DNA of 64,000 nt from Gemmatimonadales bacterium (GCA_036501385.1 DASYAK010000074.1:27646-91645); one strand, 5' to 3'; shown: positions 1 to 13,413, numbered from the stretch's first letter. A program made the numbers and translations. The notes: generated from the letters alone by a model not told the origin.

Positions 1-121
1 CGCGCACGTCGGGGAGGGCGCGCGACACTATCACGCTCATCGAGTAATTGATGAACGATTGCTGCAGTTCCTCTTCGATCAGGCGCGGAACGATCCGTTC
101 GCGAGAATTTGGCGCGGTCAT
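1..121 (-). CDS. gyrA: DNA gyrase subunit A, N-terminal fragment (continues beyond window start)
   Basis: Minus-strand ATG at 121..119. Translation [40 protein letters not shown] matches the conserved GyrA N-terminus ([23 protein letters not shown]). Absent from the ORF track because it is truncated. Confidence 0.8.
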   Translation of the reverse strand, partial: MTAPNSRERIVPRLIEEELQQSFINYSMSVIVSRALPDVR

Positions 122-325
122 CGGGGTCCGGTTTGCGGGGAACGGTGTCGGTCTCGAGGCCGGGACCGGTAACGCGCAAATATACCGGATTCATCCTCGG
201 GTTACAAGCCGGTACGACCGGCGCAAGTCATTGCAGATGAAGGCCTTAGCCGTTGGTCGGGCGGCCGCATCCTCCCGGGCTGGCGGTGACGCGGCGCTGC
301 GGGTCGTGCGGCGAGGATCGGCGGG

Positions 326-865
326 TCATCCCGCTTGGCCAATGGGGATCGCCGCGGCATTCCATCCAGCGGGATCGACGTCGTTCTTGTGCATCGCGCC
401 GACGTTGACGACAACGTTGTTGCCGGTCCGGGCGAGCGTGAAACGATCCATGTTTCGCGTCGCCCGGCCAGAGATAAACGTTCCGTCCGGTTGGTACTTG
501 GAATGATGCTTGGGACACTGGAACTCACTGTCTCCCTGGTTCCAGCGCAGCGCAGTGTTCTGGTGCGGACATGACAGGTTGAAGGCGTAGACCTCGCCCT
601 TCCACCGCACCAGGATCACCTGGTTGTCGTGGTCGATCTGCACACCATCGGCGGGAGGAATCGGGTAGCTCGGATTGGCGCCGACCCGCCGGCGTGACAC
701 GATGGCCTCGGGTGTGACGCTCGCCGCAAGGCCGGCGGGGACGCCGACCAGCATCAGCGCCCCGACGGCGGCGAGTCCCATCTGCCGCACGAATTCGCGG
801 CGATCAGGAGCCAGCCCGCAGCCATCGCAGGGCGCATCATCGGGGTCGGGACGGGAATGGTTCAT
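326..865 (-). CDS. Tat-exported Rieske [2Fe-2S] domain protein
   Basis: Rieske motifs CPHQNTALRW and CPKHHSKY. Twin-arginine signal DRREFVRQMGLAAVGALML. Internal ATG at 865 (MNHSRPDPDD) chosen; the upstream part of ORF 326..1390 is Arg/Pro-rich junk overlapping the next gene. Confidence 0.85.
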   Translation of the reverse strand: MNHSRPDPDDAPCDGCGLAPDRREFVRQMGLAAVGALMLVGVPAGLAASVTPEAIVSRRRVGANPSYPIPPADGVQIDHDNQVILVRWKGEVYAFNLSCPHQNTALRWNQGDSEFQCPKHHSKYQPDGTFISGRATRNMDRFTLARTGNNVVVNVGAMHKNDVDPAGWNAAAIPIGQAG

Positions 866-900
866 CGCCGGATTCCATCGGAAGAATGTGGTGTCGTTCG

Positions 901-1434
901 TCAGACGTTGAGCAACGCGGTTCCAGCCACCACCGTGCACGTCCAGAGCGTGATGCTGAGCCATGACGCGGCGCGCAATCGCCGCCAGAGAACCGGCGTG
1001 GCGTCGGGCGATGCAGGCCGGTCCACCTCCCCGAACACCCGGCGACGCAGCAGATGTTCCGTGTGCGCGAGGAAGATTCCGTTGAGGCAGAGGAGGGCGA
1101 CAAACCCGAGCTTGATGAGGAGCACCGGCGACTGGGCATATGTCTTGATGTCCGAGGCGAGGAGGGCGACACCACTCACGAAGAGGATGACGAGCCCGAT
1201 CACCACCGGGCGATGCGTCGCATGCAGTTCGTCGAGCGCCTGCGGTTCCATCCACGACCCGGTGCGCATCGCGCGCAGCGTGTCGCGATCGGCGGCGATC
1301 GCGATCCCGCCGCCTACCATTGTCGCGGCGATATGGATCGACGTGACCGTCGTCTCGAGAATCTTCGAATCGGCGTACAGCGATTGCCACGGGGCGAACC
1401 AGCGTACCAGCGTCGTGATCATGGCGGCGAGCAT
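901..1434 (-). CDS. Hypothetical integral membrane protein (about 4 TM helices)
   Basis: Hydrophobic helices (ATMVGGGIAIAA, VVIGLVILFVSGVALLA, LIKLGFVALLCLNGIFLA, WLSITLWTCTVVAGTALL). The ATG at 1434 overlaps the upstream TGA (TGATG). The longest ORF would start at 1452. Confidence 0.55.
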   Translation of the reverse strand: MLAAMITTLVRWFAPWQSLYADSKILETTVTSIHIAATMVGGGIAIAADRDTLRAMRTGSWMEPQALDELHATHRPVVIGLVILFVSGVALLASDIKTYAQSPVLLIKLGFVALLCLNGIFLAHTEHLLRRRVFGEVDRPASPDATPVLWRRLRAASWLSITLWTCTVVAGTALLNV

Positions 1435-2078
1435 CAGTTCTTCCAGAGCCACATCATCAGCGTGGCCGCGGTCGCCACACCCATCGACGCAATGGCGAGC
1501 GATCGATGGCGGTCGGCACCGCCGTCAGCGGGCCGCGCGGACCCAGCGGACTGTGCCGTCGCGACGAAGCCCGCATCGGCGGTCAGCATCGCGATGCTGT
1601 GAATCCAGCGCCGAGTCCTGCCCGCGGGATCATGGCGCGACTCGACCAGGTTCCAGACACCCGTCACGGTGTTGATCGCGAACAGTCCCTCGAGACCGGT
1701 CGCAACCGCCTGATGTGGTCCGCGGAGACTCGATCGCATCCCGGTGGCCTGCTCGTCACTGATGAGCTTCTGCCCGATTACGTACTCCGCCGCGAAGAGC
1801 GGAAGCTCGACGTAGCTCCCGATCCGGTGGATCGTCAGCCGGGTGAAATAGCCCGAGCTGTATTCGATGGCCCGCGGCCGCCCGGTATCACTTGGCGCGA
1901 TGAGGCCGGAATGCGCGGCGGAAATGCAGGGACTGCAAACGGCGGACGGACCGGGAGGCATCGTATCCTGCCGCTGCGCCGCGAGTGGATGTCCGATGAG
2001 CATGGCCGCCGCGGCCAGCATGGCGGCCGCGCCTGATGCCAGCGGCGGCGACGGTTTGGCTGCGGTGCCCATGACCAA
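1434..2078 (-). CDS. Hypothetical membrane/exported protein
   Basis: N-terminal signal-like AAAMLAAAAMLIGHPLAAQ and C-terminal hydrophobic helix LAIASMGVATAATLMMWLW. High GC3. First gene of a 3-gene minus-strand unit ending in the Rieske gene. No family recognised. Confidence 0.5.
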   Translation of the reverse strand: MVMGTAAKPSPPLASGAAAMLAAAAMLIGHPLAAQRQDTMPPGPSAVCSPCISAAHSGLIAPSDTGRPRAIEYSSGYFTRLTIHRIGSYVELPLFAAEYVIGQKLISDEQATGMRSSLRGPHQAVATGLEGLFAINTVTGVWNLVESRHDPAGRTRRWIHSIAMLTADAGFVATAQSAGSARPADGGADRHRSLAIASMGVATAATLMMWLWKN

Positions 2079-2140
2079 GGAAACGTTTCACCTCCGCCGA
2101 ATCTCACATCGTGGTTGCTGGCGCGACGCGCAGCAGGCGC

Positions 2141-5100
2141 CTAGGTCGCCTCCGCGATCTTTCCCGGAACCGGCGCGGGGTGGCGCCGGCGCGCGAAGCG
2201 ATCCTTGAGCCCGTCGAACCAGACATAGACTACCGGTGTAACGAAGAGGGTGATCAGCTGCGACACCGCGAGCCCGCCCACCACGGCGATGCCGAGAGGG
2301 CGCCGCGACTCGGCACCGGCTCCCGATCCGATTGCGATCGGAAGGGTTCCCATCAGCGCCGCCATCGTGGTCATCATGATCGGGCGGAAACGCACCATGC
2401 ACGCTTCGTGAATCGCCTCGCGCGCCGATTTCCCTTCCTTGCGTTCGGCCTCCACGGCGAAATCGATCATCATGATGGCGTTCTTCTTCACCAGTCCGAT
2501 CAGCATGATGATGCCGACGAAGGCGTAGACGCTGAGTTCCATGTGGAAGATCATCAGCGCGAGGAGTGCGCCGAAGCCGGCAAACGGCAACCCCGAGAAA
2601 ATCGTCAGTGGATGCACGAAGCTCTCGTAGAGGACGCCAAGGACGATGTAGATCACCACGATCGCCAGCACCAGCAGGACGGCGAGGCCATGCTGCGCAT
2701 CCTGGAAGGCCTGCGCCGTCCCCTGTGCCGCGGCTGTGATGCCGGTCGGCAGGATCGTCGCCGAGACCCGCTGGATCTCGTCGAGCGCCGGGCCGATCGA
2801 GACCCCCGGCGCGAGGTCGAACGAAATCGTCACCGCCGGCAGCTGGCTGGAATGGTTCACGGTGAGCGGACCGACCGACTCGGATACCTTCGCCAGCGCC
2901 GTGAACGGCACCAGCTGGCCGTTGCTGCCCTGCATCGAGATCAGCGACATCGCGCCCAGGTCGCGCTGATACTGCGGCAGGAGTTCCATGATGACCCAGT
3001 ACTGATTGGTACTGGTGTAGATCGTCGACACCTGGCGCGCCCCGTACGCGTCGTACAGCGCATCCTCGACCTGCTGCATAGTGACGCCGACCGCCGAGGC
3101 GCGGTCGCGGTCGACGCTGAGCTGGATCTCGGGATTCTTGATCTGGAGATCGCTGGTCACCCCACGGAGGTCCTTCATCTGCTCCATCCGGGCCTGCAGG
3201 TCCTGCGACGCCTTGTAGAGTGCCGTGATATCGGCCCCTTGCAGCGTGTACTGGTAGAGACTCTTGGAGATCCGGCCACCGATGTTGATCACCGGCGGGT
3301 TCTGCACGAAGGCGCGGAGGCCGGGCACCTGAGACAGCTTCGCCTGCAGTTCGCGGGCGACTTCGTCGGCCGTCTCCTTCCGCTTGCTGCGGTCGGCGAG
3401 CCGCACGATGTAGCGCCCCTGGTTTGTCGTACTGCCGGCGCCGCCGGTGCCGAGCGACGACATGAATCCGGCGACGTTGGAATCCGCGATCACGACATGA
3501 TTCGCGTCGACCTGATGGCGGTACATCCCGTCGAACGACGTCCCCTCGGACGTTTCCGTGGTGATCCGCAACTGCCCCTGGTCCTCTGACGGGATGAATC
3601 CCTTGGGAACGGCGTGTGCCAGCCACATCGTCGCGACCAGGATGATCGCGGAGAAGATGAAGACCGGACGCGTGTGGCCGAGGACCCAGACGAGTCCGCG
3701 ATCGTAGCCGTTGTGCGCCCGCTGGTAGATTCCTTCGGTCACGCGGAAGAGCGGTGCCAGGGCGCCACCACCTTCATCGGCATGACTGATGCGCAGGAAA
3801 CGCGAGCAGAGCATCGGCGTGAGGGTGAGCGAGACGAAGCCCGAGACCAGGATCGCGGCGCCGATCGTGACGGCGAATTCGTGGAAGAGGCGTCCGATGA
3901 GGCCGCCGAGGAAAAGCACCGGAATGAAGACCGCCACCAGCGACATCGTCATCGACAGGATGGTGAAGCCGATCTCCGCCGAGCCGTTGTACGCGGCGTC
4001 GCGCGGGTTCTCGCCCATCTCGGTGTGGCGGACGATGTTTTCCAGCATCACGATCGCGTCGTCGACCACGAACCCGACCGACAGCGTGAGTGCCATGAGC
4101 GACAGGTTGTCGAGCGAATAGCCGAGGAGAAACATCACCGCGAAGGTGCCGACCAGTGACATCGGAAGCGCGAGTGACGGGATGATCGTCGCCGACACAT
4201 TGCGGAGAAAGAGGAAGATCACCATCACCACGAGGAAGAGCGTCAGATAGAGCGTGAACTTGACGTCCTTCACCGACGCGTCGATCGACTCCGATCGATC
4301 GTAGATCGTGGTCACCTTGACCGACGCCGGGAGCGACTTGGTCATTTGCGCCATCTCGTCGCGCACCGCCTGGGCCACCGCGATGGTGTTGGTGCCCGGT
4401 TGCCGCTGGATGCCGAGCACGACCCCTCGCGAATTATTGAACCACGCCGCGGCCTTGGTGTCCTGCACGCTGTCGACGACGTTGCCCAGATCGCCGAGGC
4501 GCACCGGACGTCCGTCGCGCCACGCGACGATCAGCGGGCGGTAGGCCGCCGCGTTGAGCAGCTGTCCCTGCGCATCGAGCGAATACGCCTTGTCGGTGCC
4601 CCAGAGCGTGCCGGTCGGCAGGTCGACATTGCCATTGCTCACTGCGTCGAAGACCTGGTCGATGCCGATCTTGCGGGCCGCGAGTGACTGCGGATCGAGC
4701 TGGATCCGCACGGCGTACTTCTGCGAACCGTAGACCTGCACCTGGGCGACTCCCGACACCGTGGACAACTGCTGCGCGATCTCGTTCTCGCCGTACTCGT
4801 CAACGGTGGAGAGCGGCAGCGTGCTCGACGTCAGGGCGTACAGGATGATCGACGACGCCGACGGATCGACTTTCCGGTACGACGGCGGGAGGAGCGTGGT
4901 CGGCAGGGTGCGCGACGCCTGCGTCATTGCCGCCTGCACGTCGGCGGCCGCGGCGTCGATATCGCGATTGAGGTCGAATTGCAGCGTGATGCTGGTGGTG
5001 CCAAGGAGCGATGACGATGTCATCGAACTGAGCCCGGCGATCGTCGAGAACTGCTTCTCCAGCGGTGTCGCCACCGCTGACGCCATCGTTTCCGGGCTCG

Positions 5101-5338
5101 CGCCCGGCAACGATGCTGTGACCGATATGGTCGGATAGTCGACGCTCGGCAGGTCGGCGACCGGAAGGCCGCGGTAGGCGGCGATCCCGAATATCAGGAT
5201 TCCGCTCATGATGAGGGTGGTCATTACCGGACGCGAAATCCACGGGGATGACAAACTCCGGGTGCGGCCTTTGATATGTCCCTGGCCCCGGTCGGGCGCT
5301 TCTTCGCCGGCCGGGGCGTCGTCGTCGCGGTCGGTCAC
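2141..5338 (-). CDS. RND efflux transporter permease (AcrB/MdtB-like, HAE1 type)
   Basis: 1065 aa with the typical RND N-terminus (ISRPVMTTLIMSGILIFG), 12-TM topology and two large periplasmic loops. The GTG start overlaps the MFP stop (GTGA at 5335..5338). Confidence 0.95.
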   Translation of the reverse strand: MTDRDDDAPAGEEAPDRGQGHIKGRTRSLSSPWISRPVMTTLIMSGILIFGIAAYRGLPVADLPSVDYPTISVTASLPGASPETMASAVATPLEKQFSTIAGLSSMTSSSLLGTTSITLQFDLNRDIDAAAADVQAAMTQASRTLPTTLLPPSYRKVDPSASSIILYALTSSTLPLSTVDEYGENEIAQQLSTVSGVAQVQVYGSQKYAVRIQLDPQSLAARKIGIDQVFDAVSNGNVDLPTGTLWGTDKAYSLDAQGQLLNAAAYRPLIVAWRDGRPVRLGDLGNVVDSVQDTKAAAWFNNSRGVVLGIQRQPGTNTIAVAQAVRDEMAQMTKSLPASVKVTTIYDRSESIDASVKDVKFTLYLTLFLVVMVIFLFLRNVSATIIPSLALPMSLVGTFAVMFLLGYSLDNLSLMALTLSVGFVVDDAIVMLENIVRHTEMGENPRDAAYNGSAEIGFTILSMTMSLVAVFIPVLFLGGLIGRLFHEFAVTIGAAILVSGFVSLTLTPMLCSRFLRISHADEGGGALAPLFRVTEGIYQRAHNGYDRGLVWVLGHTRPVFIFSAIILVATMWLAHAVPKGFIPSEDQGQLRITTETSEGTSFDGMYRHQVDANHVVIADSNVAGFMSSLGTGGAGSTTNQGRYIVRLADRSKRKETADEVARELQAKLSQVPGLRAFVQNPPVINIGGRISKSLYQYTLQGADITALYKASQDLQARMEQMKDLRGVTSDLQIKNPEIQLSVDRDRASAVGVTMQQVEDALYDAYGARQVSTIYTSTNQYWVIMELLPQYQRDLGAMSLISMQGSNGQLVPFTALAKVSESVGPLTVNHSSQLPAVTISFDLAPGVSIGPALDEIQRVSATILPTGITAAAQGTAQAFQDAQHGLAVLLVLAIVVIYIVLGVLYESFVHPLTIFSGLPFAGFGALLALMIFHMELSVYAFVGIIMLIGLVKKNAIMMIDFAVEAERKEGKSAREAIHEACMVRFRPIMMTTMAALMGTLPIAIGSGAGAESRRPLGIAVVGGLAVSQLITLFVTPVVYVWFDGLKDRFARRRHPAPVPGKIAEAT

Positions 5339-6528
5339 TGGCGCGGTTTCCTCCGCGCTCCCGCGCTCCCGGTCCCACCCGGTGCGGGATCGCCGGCTTT
5401 TGCCGTGGCGTTGGCACTATCAGCGGTTGGCGCAGTTGCAGGATTCCGGATGCTGACTCGCGAACTGTCGGTGAGGCGCAACTGGCCGTCAGTTACGATC
5501 GTTTCGCCGGCCGTGACGCCGCTCTGCAACATGGTGAGCGAATCGGAGCTCCGCGCCACGGTCACCTTGACGGGGTGCGCGCGCCGGTTCGAATCGACGA
5601 TCCAGACCACACTTCCGTTCTGGCTGTTCTGGACCGCGGCAGTCGGCACCACGAGGGCGTTCCGGGCCACATCGAGCTGCAGCGAGACGGCGTCGAGGCC
5701 GCCTGGCCAGAGCGCGCCATCGGCGTTGGGGAAGATCGCCTTGAGCAACACGGTGCCGGTGAGTGAGTCGACGTTGTTGTCGAGGAAGGTGAGCTTGCCG
5801 TATTCGACGTGGGCCGAATCGCCCACCGGCCGTGCTTCAACGGCGAGCCCGCTGTCGGCGCGGCGGCGCACGGCGTCGAATAGCGCGGCTGGCACGGGGA
5901 AGCGGACCATGATCGGCGAGATCTGGTTGATCACGACCAGCGTCTGGCCGGCGCCGCCACGCACCTGGTTCCCTTCCTTCACCAGCACCGAGCCGGCGCG
6001 CCCGCTGATCGGCGCGCGAATCGTGGCGTACTGCACGTTGAGCCGCGCCTGGGCGATCATGGCGCTGTCGGTGCGGAGCGTCCCCACAAGCGCGTCGGCC
6101 ATCGCCCGCGTCTGGTCGAGTTGCTGCTGGGTGACGTAGTCCTTGGCGGCGAGCGCCTGGTAGCGGGCGACGTCGTGCTGCGCACTGATCCAGCTGGCGT
6201 AGTCGCGCGCCTGTGCGCCCTGCGCCTGCTCCAGCGCGGCCTCGAACGACCGCGGGTCGATCTCGAACAGGATCTGTCCCTCGTGGACTTCGTCACCCTC
6301 CTTGAAGAGCACGTGCTGCAGCAGGCCGCTCACCTGTGCCTGCACCTCGGCCGTCTGGATCGGCTCAATCGTGCCGGTCGCCGCGATCATCCGCGGCATG
6401 TCGACGCGCCGCACCTGGGTGACCGCGACCGGAACTGGCGGCGGCGGCGTCGCAGCCTTGCTGTGGCAGGCGGCGAGAACGAGCGGAGGGAGCGCAAACA
6501 AGCAGCAAAGGCGTGACACGCGAATCAT
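5335..6528 (-). CDS. RND efflux periplasmic adaptor (membrane fusion protein), lipoprotein
   Basis: Lipobox [21 protein letters not shown]. HlyD/AcrA-like coiled-coil and barrel regions (GTIEPIQTAEVQAQVSG, YATIRAPISGRAG). The internal ATG at 6528 overlaps the OMF stop (ATGA). ORF track 5335..7008 is over-extended. Confidence 0.9.
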   Translation of the reverse strand: MIRVSRLCCLFALPPLVLAACHSKAATPPPPVPVAVTQVRRVDMPRMIAATGTIEPIQTAEVQAQVSGLLQHVLFKEGDEVHEGQILFEIDPRSFEAALEQAQGAQARDYASWISAQHDVARYQALAAKDYVTQQQLDQTRAMADALVGTLRTDSAMIAQARLNVQYATIRAPISGRAGSVLVKEGNQVRGGAGQTLVVINQISPIMVRFPVPAALFDAVRRRADSGLAVEARPVGDSAHVEYGKLTFLDNNVDSLTGTVLLKAIFPNADGALWPGGLDAVSLQLDVARNALVVPTAAVQNSQNGSVVWIVDSNRRAHPVKVTVARSSDSLTMLQSGVTAGETIVTDGQLRLTDSSRVSIRNPATAPTADSANATAKAGDPAPGGTGSAGARRKPRQ

Positions 6529-7994
6529 CGGTTGTTGCCTGATGCGGAGGTTGGTTGACCGGGAGCCAGGCGCAGTTGCGTCGCCCCGCTCGGTTGCAGC
6601 ATGCCGGCGTCGTGCGCGAGCTGGACCAGAGATGTGTGCCATGTGATTCGCGACTGAATCCGCTGCGACCGCGCGTCGGCCAGCGAGTTCTCGGCGGTGA
6701 GCAGCTCGAGCAGCGAGCCGACGCCCTCGCGGTACCGGGCGCGAGCCGCGTCGACCGCGGCACTGGCGCTGGCGTAGAGTTCGTCCGACGTCGCGACACT
6801 CTGCGTCGCGGTGCGGAGTGCCTGATAGCTCTGATACACCTGGAGGGCGACCTGCTGCTCCATGGTGCGGAGCCGCGCCGTTTCGGCATCGGCCGTGAGT
6901 GCTGCAGCCTGAGCCGCGTACTGCCATCCGAGGCCATTGAAGATCGGAATCGAGAGCGACAATCCGACGTTGTACGACGGAAAGTTTCCCGAGAGTCCGG
7001 TCACCCATTCCGTGCCGCTCGTGCCGGTGGCGCTCAGCGACGGCAGGTATTGCGACCGCGCCTCGCGCGCCTCGGCCCGCCGCATATCGACCTGGGCGCG
7101 TTCGGCCGCGAGGTCGGGACGCTGGAGGAGACCGTTCTGCATCAGCGAATCGACTTTCGCGGCGATCGGTGCCACCGGAGTTCCCGCATCGGCGGTATCG
7201 ACGTCGAAGATCGCATCGGGTGGCATGCCGATCAGCGTCGCCAGCGCACCGCGGGCGCTCGCGAGCGCACCGTCCGCCTGCTGCAGCGCGAGCTGCGCCT
7301 GCGACACCGCTGTTCTCGCCTGCAGCACGTCGGAGATCGTTGCCACACCGACGGTCCGCCGGTCTTCTGTCGCCGCGAGGTTGACCTGGGTTTCCGAGAG
7401 ATTGATTTGCTGGGCCTCGAACAACCCCCGCGCGCCGACATAGGCGAAGTAGCCCTGCACCGTGCGCCGCACCACGTCGGCGACGGTTGCGTTATGGGTC
7501 CAGTCGGCCGAGTAGAACCCTTGCCGCGCGGCGTCGATGGCGCCCGCCCGGCCGCCGAAGTCGAGGAGAAGCCAGTCGAGTGACAAGGTGGGTCCATACG
7601 TCGTCTGCTGGACTGACACCCGGCCGCCGGTGGCCGCGGTCTTGAGCCGGTTCGCGGCGAGATCGCCGGTGATGTCGGGAAAGAGGCTCGATCGCGCTTC
7701 ACCGAAGGTGGCCGACGCCGCCCGGGCGGTGAGCCAGGTGGCGCGAGTCTCCGGACTCCGTTCCAGCGCCAGGTTGACAAGATCGGTCGTGGTCAGCGCG
7801 GTGCGCCGGGTTTGCATCGGCGCCGGAAGCGAATCGGGCCCGAGGCGGCTCTCGGTGGCTTCGCGCACCCCGGACTGCGGGGGCTGCCAAGCGGCGCCAG
7901 GATTGGGCGCTGACGGGGCCGCCCCTCCCGAACCGGGCAGGGGCGGATAGCATGCCGACAGTGCGGCCAACGTCGCAATCGTGCCGGCGAACAA
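6525..7994 (-). CDS. Efflux outer membrane factor, TolC/NodT-family lipoprotein
   Basis: 489 aa. Lipoprotein signal (ATLAALSAC). Duplicated TolC-type repeats with typical [13 protein letters not shown] and coiled-coil segments. First gene of the OMF-MFP-RND operon. Confidence 0.9.
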   Translation of the reverse strand: MFAGTIATLAALSACYPPLPGSGGAAPSAPNPGAAWQPPQSGVREATESRLGPDSLPAPMQTRRTALTTTDLVNLALERSPETRATWLTARAASATFGEARSSLFPDITGDLAANRLKTAATGGRVSVQQTTYGPTLSLDWLLLDFGGRAGAIDAARQGFYSADWTHNATVADVVRRTVQGYFAYVGARGLFEAQQINLSETQVNLAATEDRRTVGVATISDVLQARTAVSQAQLALQQADGALASARGALATLIGMPPDAIFDVDTADAGTPVAPIAAKVDSLMQNGLLQRPDLAAERAQVDMRRAEAREARSQYLPSLSATGTSGTEWVTGLSGNFPSYNVGLSLSIPIFNGLGWQYAAQAAALTADAETARLRTMEQQVALQVYQSYQALRTATQSVATSDELYASASAAVDAARARYREGVGSLLELLTAENSLADARSQRIQSRITWHTSLVQLAHDAGMLQPSGATQLRLAPGQPTSASGNNR

Positions 7995-8206
7995 GGGAAC
8001 TTTCAGAAGTCCGGAACCTCCAGCGGTCGGCGCTGCTCTGCCGTGTCTGACTGCTACGTCGCCGCAACCATGAACGTTGACCGCCGGGGTGCCTGCGCGA
8101 ACCAGCGGATACAGGATAGTTCAGGCATGCAGCAACGCAAGGAACGGAAGAGTACGGGGCTGGTTCACTATCTTTGGCTGCGGCTGACTCATTCACCGGA
8201 TCACGG

Positions 8207-9301
8207 ATGCATCGCACTGCCCTCGACGCCCGCCACCGCGCTCTCGGAGCCCGGATGATCTCCTTCGCGGGATGGGAAATGCCGGTCCAGTACAGCGGAC
8301 TGGTCGAGGAACACCACGCGGTTCGCCGGGCCGCCGGGCTCTTTGATCTGTCGCATATGGGAGAGCTTTACCTCACTGGAACCGGCGCGGGTGCCGCACT
8401 CGATTACGCTCTCGTCACCGCACCGGGAAAGCTTGCCGCAGGGCGGGCCCATTACTCGATGATCTGCGCCGCCGACGGCAGTGTGATCGACGACCTGATC
8501 GTCTATCGCCTGGGCGAGATGCGCTACCTCGTGGTCGCCAACGCGTCGAATGCAGCGACGGTGGCCGCGGCGCTCGAGGAGCGGCTGGCCGGATTCGATG
8601 CGCGGCTTGACGACGCGTCGATGCGCACGTCGCTGGTCGCGATCCAGGGGCCGCGTGCCGCCGAAATCCTCCAGCCCCTCACGAGCTTCGATCTCGCCAC
8701 GCTCAAGTACTACGCTGGCGTCGAGGTGACCGCCTGCGGCGTGCGCGCGTTGCTCGCCCGCACCGGATACACCGGAGAAGACGGCTTCGAGCTCTTCGTG
8801 GAATGGAACGATGGCGTTGTGGTATGGGATGCGCTCCTCGAGGCAGGAACTCCTGCCGGACTCATTCCCGTGGGACTCGGCGCGCGCGATACCCTGCGCC
8901 TCGAAGCCGGGATGCCACTCTACGGGCAGGAACTTGGGCGCGATACTACGCCATTCGAAGCCAACCTCGGCCGGGTGGTGAAGTTCGACAAGGCAGGCGA
9001 CTTCGTGGGACGTGCCGCACTCGACCGCGCCAAGGACGCCCCGCGCAAGACGCTGGTCGGGCTGCGGATCACTGGTCGAGGGATCGCCCGGACCGGCTAC
9101 CCCGTCTATCTTCCCGCCGCGCCGGAACCGTGCGGCATGATTACAAGCGGTACGGCATCTCCCACGCTCGGCGTCGCCATCGCGATGGGATATGTCCCGG
9201 TCGAGCAGGGCCGCGCCGGCAACACCTTCGAGGTGGGCATCCGGAACCAGCGTGCCGCGGCCGAGATCGTGCCGCTGCCGTTCTATCGACGTTCGACCTG
9301 A
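8207..9301 (+). CDS. gcvT: Glycine cleavage system T protein (aminomethyltransferase)
   Basis: [53 protein letters not shown] is the canonical GcvT N-terminus. ATG at 8207 preferred to the TTG at 8174. Confidence 0.95.
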   Translation: MHRTALDARHRALGARMISFAGWEMPVQYSGLVEEHHAVRRAAGLFDLSHMGELYLTGTGAGAALDYALVTAPGKLAAGRAHYSMICAADGSVIDDLIVYRLGEMRYLVVANASNAATVAAALEERLAGFDARLDDASMRTSLVAIQGPRAAEILQPLTSFDLATLKYYAGVEVTACGVRALLARTGYTGEDGFELFVEWNDGVVVWDALLEAGTPAGLIPVGLGARDTLRLEAGMPLYGQELGRDTTPFEANLGRVVKFDKAGDFVGRAALDRAKDAPRKTLVGLRITGRGIARTGYPVYLPAAPEPCGMITSGTASPTLGVAIAMGYVPVEQGRAGNTFEVGIRNQRAAAEIVPLPFYRRST

Positions 9302-9318
9302 GGCTTCTGGAGGCGACG

Positions 9319-9702
9319 GTGAATATCCCCGACAAGCTCAAGTATTCGGCTGAGCACGAATGGCTCGCCGTCGACGGCACCACCGGCACAGTGGGGATCA
9401 CCGCGTTCGCCGTCGAGCAGATCGGTGACATCGTCTTCGTCGAACTCCCCGCGGTGGGCTCCACGGTGGAAGCCACCAAGGCGTTCGGCGTGATCGAGTC
9501 GGTGAAGGCGGTGAGCGAACTTTTCGCCCCGGCGTCGGGGAGGGTGGTCGCAATCAACGAAGCCCTCGCCGATGCACCCGAGACGGTGGCCAGCGATTGC
9601 TACGGCGCCGGATGGCTGATCAGGATCGAGCTGAGCAATCCCAGCGATCTCAATGCGCTCAAGGATGCCGCAGGGTATCGCGCCATGATCGCGAGTCTCT
9701 AG
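9319..9702 (+). CDS. gcvH: Glycine cleavage system H protein (lipoyl carrier)
   Basis: GTG start at 9319 preceded by GGAGG. KYSAEHEWL and the lipoyl-lysine motif VIESVKAVSEL. In frame inside the over-long ORF 8803..9702. Confidence 0.95.
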   Translation: MNIPDKLKYSAEHEWLAVDGTTGTVGITAFAVEQIGDIVFVELPAVGSTVEATKAFGVIESVKAVSELFAPASGRVVAINEALADAPETVASDCYGAGWLIRIELSNPSDLNALKDAAGYRAMIASL

Positions 9703-9714
9703 ACCAGATACGGC

Positions 9715-12603
<2,889 letters not shown>

Positions 12604-12732
12604 GGGACCAAAGAAGAGTGTAGCGGGGGAGGAAAGATCGCTTCTAGTTCCGCCCTATCGGATTCGGGACCGAGCTGTAATTTCATCTGTCCTTTCCCCA
12701 TACCTCCCAACTTTTCAGCGCTGGAGGGTCAC

Positions 12733-13398
12733 ATGTTCGATGAAGGCACGTCCGGGGTCCCGCGTCGCGGGTTCATTGGCAGTGTTGCCGCAGCTGCGGT
12801 CGGTCTCGGCATGACTGCCCTCGTATCCGATCGCGCCCTGGCTGAAACCGGCAGCTCGAACGCGGCCGACGCACAACTCGAAGCATGGTTCGGCAAGCTC
12901 ACGGGAAAACATCGGGTGGTCTTCGATGCACCGGCCGTCAACAACGGGATGCCGATGGTCTGGCCGCGAGTCTTTCTGATGACCACCGACGGGACGTATC
13001 CCGGCGAGGGAAGCAGCGCGATGGTGATCGCACGGCACGAAGGCCTGCCGCTGGTACTCCAGGACAGCATCTGGGCGAAGTACCATCTCGGCGAGATGTT
13101 CAATGTGAAGGACGGCGCCGCACCCGCCATGAAGAATCCGTTCGCGTCCATCACCAACCTCCCGCTCCCCAATCTCGGAACCACCGGCATGCTGAAGACT
13201 GGCGTGCTCGTCGGCGCATGCGACGTGGCGTTGACGGTGTACAGCGGGGCAGCCGCGGCGAAGATGAAGCTCAACCCCGCAGCCGTGAAGAAGGAATGGG
13301 TCGCCGGGCTCTACCCTGGAGTACAGGTCGTGCCGTCTGGCGTGATGGCGGTTGCTCGCGCGCAGCAATTCTCGACGCAGTACATCTTCGCCGGCTGA
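12733..13398 (+). CDS. Tat-exported hypothetical protein (possibly DsrE-like fold, tentative)
   Basis: Twin-arginine signal VPRRGFIGSVAAAAVGLGMTALV. RBS GGAGGG upstream. High GC3. Followed by a perfect hairpin. Confidence 0.65.
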   Translation: MFDEGTSGVPRRGFIGSVAAAAVGLGMTALVSDRALAETGSSNAADAQLEAWFGKLTGKHRVVFDAPAVNNGMPMVWPRVFLMTTDGTYPGEGSSAMVIARHEGLPLVLQDSIWAKYHLGEMFNVKDGAAPAMKNPFASITNLPLPNLGTTGMLKTGVLVGACDVALTVYSGAAAAKMKLNPAAVKKEWVAGLYPGVQVVPSGVMAVARAQQFSTQYIFAG

Positions 13399-13413
13399 CC
13401 GAGCGTACGGGAT

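Noticed and set aside
326-1390. N-terminal extensions of track ORFs, where the listed start is far upstream of the plausible start. Examples: 326..1390, 5335..7008, 8803..9702, 15264..17687, 17252..18319, 22761..24188, 27309..28109, 42795..43646, 57404..59950, 59787..60803.
   Set aside because: The extensions overlap neighbouring genes, are compositionally aberrant, and precede an internal start. That internal start is followed by a signal peptide or a canonical family N-terminus, often with start/stop overlap to the upstream gene.
2088-3626. Very long ORFs antisense to or frame-shifted against recognised genes. Examples: 2088..3626(-), 2111..3589(+), 9283..11169(-), 11254..12462(-), 15501..17696(-), 21437..22711(+), 12715..13884(-), 14053..15216(-), 33019..34071(+), 52439..53680(-), 62128..63105(-).
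   Set aside because: Their translations are Arg/Pro/Gly/His/Asp-rich with no motifs. Each is shadowed by an ORF with a clear family signature and GC3-biased codon usage. This is a typical stop-codon-poor artefact of very GC-rich DNA.
7995-8206. Possible glycine riboswitch in the 212-nt leader upstream of gcvT. gcv operons are often riboswitch-controlled.
   Set aside because: I could not find the conserved aptamer cores (GGAGAG ... CACCGAAGGGGCAA / ACCGAAGGAGCAA). Only weak fragments (TCAGGCA, CAAGGAAC) are present. A covariance-model scan (Rfam glycine riboswitch) would settle it. A hit would overturn this rejection.
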